Shown here piece by piece: positions 22,801 to 33,965 of a stretch of 64,000 nucleotides of DNA; positions within the stretch are counted from its first letter, which is position 1, and each line of letters begins with the position of its first letter. The notes under the pieces are model-generated. The model was given only the letters and a program-made list of their open reading frames with translations. It did not search any database and was not told where the DNA came from. The translations under genes and the position numbers were made by a program. This stretch comes from Vicugna vicugna (Eukaryota): contig MU058946.1 of NCBI GenBank assembly GCA_013265495.1, positions 62,001-126,000 of the forward strand, in the 5' to 3' direction.

Positions 22801-25800
22801 GTGACAGTGGGTCCATGAAGGACGCTGACCCCTGGTGGGGCCCGTCCCCTCCAGTCTCCATGCCCCAGTCAGACTGGTAACCTCGTTCCTTTCCAGTCGG
22901 CTGATAAAAGGCAGCGAGCCACCTGGCAGAGGGCCTGCTCACCACGGCGCTGCTGAGAGGCCTCCCCAGCCAGGGACGACCCCAAGCCTGCAGCCACTTG
23001 CTCCAGCACCGCCCTGGGACACTCAAGTCAGAGCAGGACGAGGAGCCCCTGCTGGGACGCTGGTGGGAAGGGCCACAGGACCAGCAGGTCTGACAGCGGA
23101 GTCGCCATCACTTGTTTCTGGGGCCTCCGGGTGTGGTTACGGCTGACCTCACCAGGCTGAGGACAGGGGTCCAGGCATGGGCTGTGGCTGGGCTCGTGAT
23201 GTGGCCCAGCATGCAGCTGCAACAGAACCCAGTCCTGGGGCAGCAGAGAAGGATTGGCCCGTGGCCCCCGGGGAAAGCAACCAAGAGCCACGGGTGTAGG
23301 AGACGATGCCCGTGGCAGCGGTGGCAGAGCACCAACGGGGCAGCAGCTGAGGGGCCGCTCCGAGCCGCGTCAGGAAGGCGGCAGCCAGGCGCAGGCCAGG
23401 CAGGGATGGATACTCTGCTGGACGCTGACAGAACTGCCCCTGCCCCCAACTAGGTCATCAGGAGAAATTACTATAACCACATAACCACAGAATTTTCAGA
23501 GCTGGAAGGCACCTGTGACATCGCATGAAACCCCCTGGGTTATAAAGAGGAAAGGGGCCGAGTTTCCAAAAGCACACAGCTCAGAGCAGCAGCTCCCGCA
23601 GCGCGCCCGGCCGCCGCCCCCACCCTGCAGGCCGCGCGGCGCACGCACCCGATGGGCTTCCCGGCCTGGTGGAACTCCTTCAGGACGCGCTCCACGTCTC
23701 GGTCCACCCGGCAGTCTTTCCCGTCCACGGCGAACGTGCTCCTGCCACGAGAGAAGAGGCCTCCTGAGATCTCGGGGCCCCACGCCTGTGTGGGGAGCCC
23801 CCAGTCCACCCCAGGGGGCCTGTGTTCCCTTAACTTCTCAGCAACAGGAGTAATTAACAAGTGTGTGTGCAAGTACGTGTATGTGGCCTTTTATATAATC
23901 ATACATCTTTCTTTTGTTTTTTAAAATATAAAGTAGCATAGAAAGAAAAAGGAGGGGGGACGGCAAAGGTGAACGGGGAAGCTGCCCCAAGTTGGTGGGG
24001 GCTCAGGCCCTGAGCTACGCCCACACGGTCCTTGGGGGTCGATCCATCAATCGTGGAGCAACAAGATGTGCCACCAGCGATGGAAACTGCACCTCAGCAA
24101 GGGGAAGAGATGCAGAGTGCACAGGACCCCTCCTCTCTCTCCCGACAGCAAGATGCTGAGGTGTCTGCAGTGGTCTTCCTCTGGCTGGCAGGCTCGCACC
24201 GGTACCACCTCTTGGGAAGATAAATTGCTGAGACTCAGCAAATGTCAAACACCACACCTGTTTGCCAAGAGCTCTGCTTCCTGTTCTTGGGGTCGATGCC
24301 TCTGCCCCGGGTGCCTGGTGGTTGAGCGCCCAGGACAGGACAACTCATGGGCATGCTGGGTGCTCGCTACCGTGCCGTGGGGCTGGCTTCCCAGGGTGTG
24401 TATGCGTCTCAAAGTGGGTCAGATTCTACACTTTAAACACACATGCGTCACTCTCACCTCCAAAAAGCCACGAGGATGAAAGAGGACTGGAGGCCACGAG
24501 CCCCCATCAGCGCTGGGGGGCTCACGCAGTGGGGTCCACATGTGCAGCTGTCAGACAATTAATGGACGAGCTGCAGAGCTATGTGAAAACACGCAGCGCA
24601 GAACAGAAGCTACCGTTTGGCTGGATCTTTAACACAGCCGTATGGCTCAACCTCTTGGAAATAAAAAGCCAGCAACGGTACCAGGGAAGGGTCCACAGGA
24701 GGACCTGGGTTTCCACAGTGGACATCTGTCACACCGACCTTGCCTGCTGCCCACTGCCTGCCACTCAGGAGACCACCAATGCGGAGCTGGCATTTCTTTG
24801 GAAAGGTCAGAATGGGAGCAGCGGCCACAGGCTGCAGCTTCCCCAGGGGTGTGAGCTCACACATGTGCAAACGTATCCGAAGCCCTGCTTCCTCGCGCGC
24901 CAACGCAGCCCACCGCAACCCAGGGCTCCTGGAGCCGGCACTCCTCCGTCACCCGAGGTGGGTCAGCCACGCCAGGGACACATCCCAGCCGACCCTCTAA
25001 CTACCCTCACACCAGACTACCCTCCCATGGGCTCCTGGTCACAGAGGAGCTCTGCCATCTCCCAGCCAACCCCCAACAGACCCTCAAACTACCCTCACCC
25101 CAGACAAGATCTAAGGGCCGAGGGGAGGTGATAGGTTTGTGAATCCAGCTCATCCTTCAGAGAAAGAAACCCTGGTTGCGCTGGAAGCACAAGTTCAGCT
25201 GCAGGAAATGACCCACTGTTTCCTGCCAGGAGGCTGACGAGGACGGTGACACGGAGAGAGCACTCCAGAGGCTGGATATGGGGAGAGGGGTGCACGTGAG
25301 GAGGGCCAGTGGTCCCAGAGGGAGGAAGGACTGTGGGAAAATGAGTGGAAACCTGGAGAAAGGAGGTGTTCTGGTGACGCCCGCAAGCGAGGGGGCCCGT
25401 GAGGTGCCAGGAGGCGGAAGGGCCAAGAGCAGAGCTGGACTTCAGGGAACAGAACCACCTCTGCCCTCACTCCGGGGTGCACTGTCTGCCTGAGGTCACA
25501 GCCAGGCACTGTGTCACCAGAGGCCCCGGGCCTGGGACGGAGCAACGTTCTCATCCGTGACACAGGAGAACACCTGATTTACGGGTCTGTTGTTTCCGTC
25601 TGTACGTGCGTAGTCCAGGTGGTACGCACACTACACTATGTTTAAAACCCCAAAACCGCAGGACACAGCTGCTTCACATCTTCTCGCCCCGTGACAGCTG
25701 CAGGTGAACCCTTCTGTCTCCAGAGCAGCAGCCCTGCACCACTTTGGGAGGGATGTGCCGGGACCGCGAGGCCAGAGCGGGAGGAGGGCGAGGAACGAGA

Positions 25801-28800
25801 GAACAGAAAAATGACCTGGAGCCCAAAGCACCTCGCAGCCTCCAGGAGAAGGTCCACTTATCATGGCAGAAACCCAAAGAGCAGCCTGAGAAAGGACACC
25901 CTTCCCCGTCAGGACCATCATCCAAACAGCCCCACCAGAAAAGCAGTTTTCCGCACCACAAGGTCCACAGGAGAGCTGGTGACCATGGGGAGCACACACA
26001 CATGTGGGGAGAGTGGTTTTGCTGTGATCAGACTCCACATGGCACCTCGCTCAGAGGGCGCCCGTGTCCCCAGCAGCGGCCAGGCCCCACCGGCCAGGCT
26101 CCACCTGCGTGCTCAGGAAGAAGCCGAGGAAATGCGGCCAAGCCTCCTCCCATAGGTTCCTGGTCACAGAGCAGCTCCACCACCGCCTGGCTGACCCCCC
26201 AGCAGCGGCTCCCGTCACCACCGCGTCCCCCTCTAACGCTCCAGGGGAAAAGCAGAGGGACCCGAGCTGGAACACGCACAAGTTTTTGGCAGCTCCGAAG
26301 CCCCCGGGGAAGATGGCAGCGTCGTGGTCAGCGGCACGGAGCTTGGCCAGGTCGGTGATCTTGCCACGGGCGATCCTTGCCGACTCCGTCAGAACGTTCC
26401 TGGAAAAGAAAAGAGAAAGGCCCCCAGAAAGGTTCAGTGCGCCGACAGACAACAGATGGAGGGGCAGACGGGAGACGGGTGGGAGAAGCCCACCACGGGA
26501 CAGGAGGATGCACTCTCCCAGCCTGGGGAAGCGCACTCACAGGCCGGGGTCGCTTTCCAGGAAAGGTGCCACAGCCACAGGGACCTGGCTCTGTGCTCAG
26601 ATCAGACTGGCACTTAAGAACCTCCCCAGATTATGCAGCCTCCTGGTCGGTCAGGGCCACCAGGAAGACGGGAACCCTTCCGCGCACCTGAGCAGACGGC
26701 ACACGATGCAAGGAACTGGCAGATGATGGAACAGCGCGAGGACAGCTAAGAAGCATCCTCGAGGGACAAGCGAAACAGCCCCAGGACCGGCCACGAAAGG
26801 AGCCCCTGTGAGCCCAGGCTGTGCAGCCCCGGGCCAGTGTCTGGCCAGGGGGACCGCAGCCCCCAGGAGTCAGAGCTGCTTCTCCCCACCGCCCCATCTG
26901 GAAGGCACTTGGGAGCCACAGCCTGCAGTCCAGGCAGGGCAGGAGGGGAGAGGTGGGTCTTAGAGGACACAAGGCCAGGACTGCACACCCTCAGGGACAG
27001 AAACGCTTCTAGGAGCTGCTCAAAGACACTTGGGGCCCAAACAGGTGAATGAGGTTCGTGACCAGATGCACACACACACCTCTGGTCAAAATGAAGGTAC
27101 GAGGGGCTCACTCAGTGGGAATTTTCCTTCACTGTTTTGGCAGCACTGGAAGGTGAAGAACATTCCAAGGCTCAGAGCTTTATCACAGAACAGCCTGAGG
27201 ACTGCTGCTCTGAAGTCCACCAGAATATGGACTTGGCTCCCAGCTAAGATGAAGTAACTGTGTGCAGGATCTCAGGGAGTTTCAACTCACCGCCGTGCAC
27301 ATCCCAGGGTGAGTGGGGGCACATACCTGCTCTCACCCTCAGAAGGCTGCCCCTTTGTGTGGTCAATCACGTGCATCTGAGAGATGTCAGGAGCAAAGAT
27401 CTGGACCTCGGCCCCACCACGGCTCAGGTGAACCAGGATCCTGCCCGGGAAGAAATCAGACAAGTCTCTGACGTGTGCCCAATCCAGCTTTACCTTACAA
27501 TGGGTTTTTATAAAAAGAGTTTTAGCTGAGTGACAACTAGAAACCCCTTTCCTAAGTTAACCTCTGTTTACTTTGCAAAAAATTATGGTTGGCTTACTAA
27601 CAACCGTTTGAGTGTAATGTCACTGAACTGTCTATGAAGACCACTGAGCCCTGAAGCTCCCTTTGCAAACCAGGGCGCAGAGACAGGTGACCCGGCTGGT
27701 GTCACAGCCTGGGTATTTGGGTTCCTAGGCTACTCTGGGGCACTCTTCCCCCAACAGGCCCATCGACGATGGCCTTGAGGGTTTGAGAGCTTTTGCTCTC
27801 CAAGGTGAGATCAGTTCCTGGTCTCCACTCCCGTCAAAGGAGTGGGGACACGCAGGCATTCCTGAGGGCTGTGGACTACCTGCCTCTGTCCCTGCCCCCA
27901 GAGGCAGCATTTACCAAGGGTTGCTCTGTGCCAGGCCTAAGTCCAAATGCCAGCAGGCAACCCATCCCCCCCTTACAGACAGGGAGTGCTGTCACTACCC
28001 CCTTACAGGCAAGGAGGAAGCACAAGAGTGTGACCCCAAGGTCACAGCCCTTCACTGGCAGGGCTAGGACCACCTGGACTTGGACGCTGCTCCTCGGAAC
28101 CTCTCAGACACACACACAACTCCTTGCTCTGCTGGGAAGGTTTTAAGCTGCTGGCGGCTACTCCAGCCTCCTCCTCTCGTGCCCCCTCTCCCAGCCTCCA
28201 TCAGGAAACTCGTCTGGCCCTCTGCCCCCACCAGCCCAGCACACTCCAAAGTTCGCGACATGTCTGGCCAACACCAGCACGTGCTGGCCATTCCCAATGA
28301 GAAGGCTGGGCAGCAGTGCATAGTTACCAGCCTCTGGCTCCTCTGGGTACCAGAGAGGCCCTGGGCTTGGGGCGGGGGTGTTCCCCAACCACTACCTAGC
28401 TCTCCCCCACAACTTAGACTCCAAACTTGACAGTCCCCACCGTCACGCTCACAGGAACTTCTAAGCAAATAAAAAATCAAAATGCAAACTACTGAGCAAC
28501 AGCTGACAGGTTACATCTGTGACACTCATCTACAGAGGCGGCTGCACAGCCCTTAAAACCGCGCCGTAAAGATAGAAAATAGCTCTGGTTCCAGAACGCA
28601 GGACAGTGTGATTCCAACAGCGGGGGGTGGAAAAACAGCAGACGGGGGTGTGAAGCGGTTCCCGCTGAGGGACAGCATCACTAAAAGCTCGTTCTGTGTC
28701 TCCCTGTATTTCACACGCGTGATTCACACGTTTCCGCTCGCGCCTCCCTGTGTCGCGTCAGTCATCTCCGCCTCTCGAATCAGGAGGCGGGTTTCTGCCA

Positions 28801-29338
28801 ACGGTTCAGAGGAGGACCGCCCTCCCGACGACGAGCGGCCCAGAGGCTTACGATGAGGCCTCATGGAGCTCAGTCCCGTCGTAGACGCCGCATCCGGACA
28901 GCACCTGCGGGAGTGGAGCGGCGGTCAGGGGGGTCACGGGGCCCACCCGGCGGGCCGACGTCGGGGGAGCGACGTGGGGGAGCCAGAGGGGCCGACCTGC
29001 GGGGAAAGGGGCGGACTTCGTGGGGGAGGGACCGGCCGCGGGCGGGNNNNNNNNNNNNNNNNNNNNNNNNNNNNNNNNNNNNNNNNNNNNNNNNNNNNNN
29101 NNNNNNNNNNNNNNNNNNNNNNNNNNNNNNGGCCCGCCCCGCCCCCCCGCCCCCTCTTCCCCACGCCCCGCCCGCTCACCAGCGCGACCCTGGTCCCGGG
29201 GCGCGGCGCGGAGGCGTGGAGGGCCGCGCGCGGGGAGGCCGCCAGTCCGCTCAAGGGCAGAGGCAGCAGGACGGGGCGCAGCGCGAACAAGGGGGTCACC
29301 GCCAGCCTGGACGCCAGCAGAGACCTGAGGGCCGCCAT
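19755..29338 (-). CDS. GATD3: GATD3 (C21orf33/ES1 homolog), mitochondrial glutamine amidotransferase-like class 1 domain protein; 7 coding exons, 274 aa
   Basis: Exons 29338-29180, 28904-28852, 27440-27327, 26399-26280, 23741-23649, 21187-21031 and 19883-19755 join in frame (825 nt). The product reads [12 protein letters not shown]...[17 protein letters not shown]...[11 protein letters not shown]...[12 protein letters not shown]...KVVTTPAFM...ELARK*, matching recalled human GATD3A. Confidence 0.98.
19884..21030 (-). other. GATD3: U12-type (minor spliceosome) AT-AC intron, GATD3 intron 6
   Basis: 5' site ATATCCTTCC; branch site TTCCCTAAC about 10 nt before the terminal AC; these boundaries keep exons 6 and 7 in frame. 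Confidence 0.95.
21031..21187 (-). CDS. GATD3: GATD3 exon 6
   Basis: [52 protein letters not shown]; followed by U12 donor ATATCCTT. Confidence 0.97.
23480..23545 (-). mobile_element. MIR3-like SINE end fragment
   Basis: CAGAATTTTCAGAGCTGGAAGGCACC...AACCCC. Confidence 0.55.
23649..23741 (-). CDS. GATD3: GATD3 exon 5
   Basis: [30 protein letters not shown]; AG/GT boundaries. Confidence 0.97.
26280..26399 (-). CDS. GATD3: GATD3 exon 4
   Basis: [39 protein letters not shown]; AG/GT boundaries. Confidence 0.97.
27327..27440 (-). CDS. GATD3: GATD3 exon 3
   Basis: [37 protein letters not shown]; AG/GT boundaries. Confidence 0.96.
27900..28090 (-). mobile_element. MIR SINE fragment in GATD3 intron 2
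   Basis: CTCTGTGCCAGGC...CCCCTTACAG...CCCAAGGTCACAGC. Confidence 0.6.
28852..28904 (-). CDS. GATD3: GATD3 exon 2
   Basis: [26 protein letters not shown]. Confidence 0.96.
29047..29130. other. Assembly gap (84 N) in GATD3 intron 1
   Basis: Run of N between very GC-rich flanks. Confidence 1.
29180..29338 (-). CDS. GATD3: GATD3 exon 1 (mitochondrial targeting peptide)
   Basis: ATG at 29338; [12 protein letters not shown]...RVAL; donor GTGAGC. Confidence 0.93.
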
Positions 29339-29749
29339 GCTGCACTGGGACAGCGGGGTCGCAGGGTCACGGTGGGCGGGCCCGCGCCTGCGCACAGCCG
29401 CCCGCCCCGCCCCGCCCGCGAGCGCCGGTGGGCGGGCCCGCGCCTGCGCAGTTGCCCCTGGCTCGGGCTCAGCCCCGTGAGTGCTGGAGGCCGGACTTCG
29501 GGTCCGTGTGGCCTGGGGCATTGCCCGTTCCTCGCCGTTGGCGTTCCCAGGGGGAGCGCTTCGCTAAGATACGGCCTCCGGTGTCGCCGTCAGGCCTCAA
29601 CGTGACTCCGTGACACCGAGTGGCCGGCGCCCAGATGTCCAGTTCCCATCACCGCCCCGTTTTCCTGGCCGTGCGCAGTCGGGACCCACGTGGGGTCCTC
29701 ACGCCCGGCGCCCCCTCCAGCTGCTGGCCTTAGAATTTCCACTGACGTT

Positions 29750-30226
29750 GGCCCTTTTGTAAAGGAGCTCGCTGTGCAACGGAGGCCAGGTTTCTGCAGA
29801 CAGCGGGCTTGACCGCAGGGGTCTCGGGAAGGAGGCCGGAGCGATGCTCAGATCCGTGGCCCCGTGGGCTTTGGGCTGGGGTATTTACCAGGGAAGTATG
29901 GAACAAGAAGGGGAGGGGGCTGGGATGTGATTGGTGGGAAGCAATGTGGGCTTCAAGAGCTCTTTACGCAGCGCGGGGACCCCCTCTTCCTGCCTCTTCA
30001 TGGGTCGCATGTGCAAATTGGGGGGGGGTGTCATACGTAACATGCATTGGATTTTCCACCTGTGAGGTCTAGAGTTCACTGTCCCTCCTTCTAGCCCCTC
30101 AGTGTGCCTGCTGTCAGCACGTTGTTTCCTATCTGCCATTTCCCTGGTCTGCAAAAGGAGCTTGGTGTTCGCTGTGTCATCTTGTTTCTACCTCATGGGC
30201 CTTGTAAATTAACAGGGTATGTTTCA
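29750..30226 (-). mobile_element. ERV 3' LTR
   Basis: Starts TGAAACAT after a purine-rich tract downstream of env; CCAAT 29934-29930; TATA-like TAAATA 29887-29882; shares a terminus and core similarity with the 5' LTR remnant; left boundary approximate. Confidence 0.7.
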
Positions 30227-30461
30227 GTCCACTGCTGTCTTTGGTTCATTCCTCAATCTTGAGGGATCAGGGGCGACCACCCGCTCCAGCTGCTTCTTGC
30301 TGCTAAGGGGTGCAGGCCCAGCAAGGGCTTCAGGAGTGAAACAGGTTTACGTTGAGCTGTCGGAGGGGTTGGTATCGCTTCAGTTCCGGGTGATGACAGG
30401 AAAACTGGTGGCCTACAGCCTTTGAGACACAAACTTGACAAGAAAGTTAGGAATTATAAGC

Positions 30462-31225
30462 CCAGACAGGCATGTGAACAGATGCTCAACATCGTTAATT
30501 ATCAGAGAAATGCGAATCAAAACTACAATGAGTTATCACCTCATACTTGTCAGAATGGCCATCATCAAAGTCTACAAATAATAAATGCTGGTGAGGGTGT
30601 GGAGAACAGGGATCCCTCCTACACTGATGGTGGGAATGCAAACTGGTGCAACCAGTATGGAGGCTCCTTAAAAAACTAAAAATAGACCTGCCATATGATC
30701 CAGCAGTCCTGCTCCTGGGCATACATCAGGAAAACATAAAAACTCTAATTCAAAAAGATACACGCACCCTGATTGTTCATAGCAGCACTAGTTACAATAG
30801 CCAACACATGGAAACTCAGCCATTAAAAAAAGTGAAATAATGCCATTTGCAGCAACGCAGATGGTCCTAGAGATAATCACACTGACAAAAGTCAAAGAAA
30901 AACAAATATACCACTTATATGTGGAATCTAAAAAATACAAATGAATATATTTATAGAACAGAAATAGACTGACAGACACAGAAAACAAACTTACAGTTAC
31001 CAAAGGAGGGAGGGGCAAGGGATAAATTAGGAGTATGGAATTAACAGATACACACCACTATACCTAAAATAGACAACAAAAGATTTACTTTACAGCCCAG
31101 GGAACTTTAATAACTTAAAATAGTCAAGAATCTGAAATACATATGTATAACCGAATCACTTTGCTGTACACCTGAAACTAACAATATTGTAAATCAATTA
31201 TGTTTCAATTTAAATAAATAAATAC
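30462..31225 (+). mobile_element. L1 3' fragment (end of ORF2 + cetartiodactyl-type 3' UTR) inserted in ERV env
   Basis: AGATGCTCAACATCG...TCAAAACTACAATGAG; GGGATAAATTAGGAGT...CTGTACACCTGAAACTAAC; A-rich tail. Confidence 0.92.
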
Positions 31226-31239
31226 ATTTAAAACATTAA

Positions 31240-31720
31240 GGGGCTCAAACAGAAGAATCAACGTGGCTGTGACCAAAGGAAATATCGGTGGGCATAGCCA
31301 TGTAACCAAGACTTGCTGGGGAGAAAATGCTTTGTATAAAGAATTCCATGTGTCCTGGGCAGGATTACCGACCCCGCATAACCGGCCGTCCTGTTGGTGT
31401 ATTTTCTTTGTTATCTGGCTCCACTGGTCCAGTGGTACCTGTCCTCGTGCGGCAGGCACTGTTAGCAACCCCGCAGACATGGCCTTGCTCCGCCAGGAGG
31501 TAATCCAGGGCCGTTCTAGGATCCAAGGAGTTCACCAACACCTTGAATTGGTGTAAACTAGAGGCTAGTGTTTTGCTCAGCACCCCCACAGAGGTGGTTA
31601 GATTTTGAAGGGTAGTCTCGTGGCCAGCAGCCGCTTCCCGCGGTGCTGCTGGTCCTAGTGCCGAGCCGCACCTGCGCTCATCAGTCCTGAGGCACTCTTC
31701 CTTTTTGTCTGCTTTCCTGG
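31240..31720 (-). pseudogene. ERV env transmembrane subunit remnant (EnvV/ERVV-like)
   Basis: HETTLQNLT...RTALDYLLAEQGHVCGVANSACRT...TWLCPPIFPLVTATLILLFEP; frameshifted; continues as LVKFVSQRL at about 30440-30415 on the far side of the L1. Confidence 0.85.
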
Positions 31721-31748
31721 GGGAAGAATACTTATCTCAGAGTGGACA

Positions 31749-32220
31749 TGTTACCGACCCTTTTGAGTCAGGCCCCCGCAGGGGTCCTCCTGCCTGGTGT
31801 CATTGACAGCAGTAAAACTAAGCCAAGTGGGTTCAGGAACAAAGGGAAGGTTTATTCCTTGGACAAAGGATGGAGAAGTCGGAGCTTCCGCTCTGGACGC
31901 TCCCCTGAAAGGCCGTCAGCAGAGCTGCTTTACAGGTCTGGTCTGGAGGGAGGGCGGCGTCTGCGAGTTGGGTGGACTCACGTGCTCACCGCCGGCCAGA
32001 GGGAAGAGCCAGGTGCAGCATTTCTGCACACGGCACGCTGTTGCCGCCTTGAACTGAGGTGTCGTGAGCAGCCCCTCTGCACACGGCTTGCCAAGTCAGG
32101 GTGTCACACCTAGAGGCTTTGCACTAGGAACTGATCCGATGTGTCAGGTGGGAGGCCTCGGCACAGGGCCCCCTGCCAGCAGGTGAAACTAGACTAAGCA
32201 CCAGAGGTTAGGCCTTAACA
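31749..32220 (-). mobile_element. Second, unrelated ERV1-type LTR inserted in the env gene
   Basis: TGTTA...TAACA terminal inverted ends, 472 bp, minus-strand AATAAA at 31851-31856; no clean TSD visible. Confidence 0.7.
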
Positions 32221-33519
32221 CCTAGATTCCATCTCATCTTTCCTGGGGGCCACAGGGGCTTTGTTGGTGGCATTTCCTTTGGGCAGCAGGCTCTCTGGGC
32301 CCCAGAGAAACCACTCCCACATGTTTTTCTGGAGAGAAAAGGGCTGAGGCCAAAGATGAGACAGTGGCACATGAGTGACACGAGGAAGACAATGGGCCCA
32401 ACTCGTAGGGTCTGGTAAGCCACAGCCCTCCTTGGGGGCCTGTTTCACAGGTTCTATTTTGGCATGCTTGAGCCATTCTTGCTGCTGGAGGGGCTCTCGG
32501 TAGCCAGCATGTTGTCCGGCTCTCCGGGAAAGACGGGAGAGCATCCTGGGAGGCTCACCCATGTTTGGTTGGGGTCCGTGCCCGTGCTGACCCACTTTGG
32601 ACTCCCCCCTGGAGTGGCTGCAACTCGTAAGGCTGGCATCAGCGAGGTGTCCTGGATTGTGGGTGAATGGTGGGTCCAAGCTCTGAAGGGAGGCATTTAA
32701 GTTCTCAGCATTAAGAGAATTGCATAGTGTACAAGGAGAAGTCTTATTAATAGCAGGGAATTTCTGTTTTGGGAGTGGACGCTAGGGAGGCCTCTAGAGG
32801 AAGGTCAAGGTCATATTATTTAGTTCTCTTATAATTAATGGGGGAGCTGGGAGACGTTTTTGGCTGGCAGGGCTGAGTATATTTTTCCCCGACTACGAGG
32901 ATTAGGATGACAGACCCAGGTCCCTCTTCGCCCTTGCTGCCATGGCTTTTGGGAGGCGATTCAGTTCTTGTATCCCAAGCTCAGTGCGGGACAACTGGCA
33001 GGAGGCAGGTGGAATAGGGGGGAAAAAAAAACAGGGTCCACCCAGTTCTCTTCAGGACCATGGGGATCATTGACAGATGAGTTATTTGTGTCTGAAAATA
33101 CAGGACTGTGAGTGTATTTATCTTCTGGCTCAGTAGGTCGGGGCAGAAGGGCTCTGAGACACACTGTTCTGTTCACACAGGGAACGACTGCACACTCACG
33201 TGCCACACAGACTTTCACAAGAGACAAGACCGCACCGACGACAAGCAGACAACCCTACTGGACTGGGAGGACCCGCCTGCTAGTCAGCCTGACGCCTCCT
33301 CATTTTCCTCCTTACAGTTTCTTCCTCGAAAGCAATTTAAGATCATTAAGGGTTCGCAGTCACAGCGGGGAGTGCAAAGTCAGTGTTGGGGTCTGCCACC
33401 AACCCACGTCCGGACATCCCGAGTTCTGTGACACTCCCTCTCTAGTTCCTGTTCCCTGTCTTACTTGGATGGAGTGGTCTCGGCGGTTCCCTGGGCTGGG
33501 CGGGAACTAACCTGACTCA

Positions 33520-33965
33520 CGAGTGGCGCACCCAGGGCTTCATGCCCTGCAGCTATACAGACGAGCGAGTCACCACGAGCACCTCCCTCGTTCAGTCCTA
33601 CCCCACCCCAGGGGCTGGAGCTGGTCTCTAGGATGCTTGATCCTGCCAGGACTTCAGTGGTGCCTAGTCTCCTGGACGCAGAAGAATAGGAGGATGAGGA
33701 AGAAACATTAATCTGCTAGAGGCGAATTTATGGAGAGCAGTTAATGAACAGCCTAAGGTCTATACATAGCTGACAAGCTCAAGTTCTTCACCTCTTTGGC
33801 CCTCTGGATTCCCCAGGTCACATGTGCTGTAGAGGACGGTCTCCCAAGTAACAGCCCACAGGGGCTCCTTGGGAGCCTGCTTTGGGACAATGGGCAAGGT
33901 CTTGTCCCAGGTCAGGTTAGTTTCTTGGCAAATCTTTGCCAAAGTCTTCTTTAAGGTATATAATC
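33520..33965 (-). pseudogene. ERV pol integrase C-terminal remnant
   Basis: TLKKTLAKICQETNLTWDKTLP, SLTALHKFASSR, PGD*APLKSWQDQ, GMKPWVRH; contains stops and frameshifts. Confidence 0.8.

Larger units (their letters stand above)
28700..29750. promoter_or_regulatory. CpG island / GATD3 promoter with two NRF1 + GC-box modules
   Basis: Dense CpG over exons 1-2; direct repeat GGTGGGCGGGCCCGCGCCTGCGCA at 29371-29394 and 29427-29450 (TGCGCAGGCGC on the minus strand is the NRF1 consensus). Confidence 0.85.

Noticed and set aside
24262-25131. 289-aa ORF antisense within GATD3 intron 4
   Set aside because: No recognisable domain, no Kozak or splice support; typical GC-rich open frame
31205-33100. 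Intact or co-opted env (syncytin-like) gene
   Set aside because: Frameshifts, stops, a degenerate CX6CC motif, and LTR and L1 insertions interrupt it
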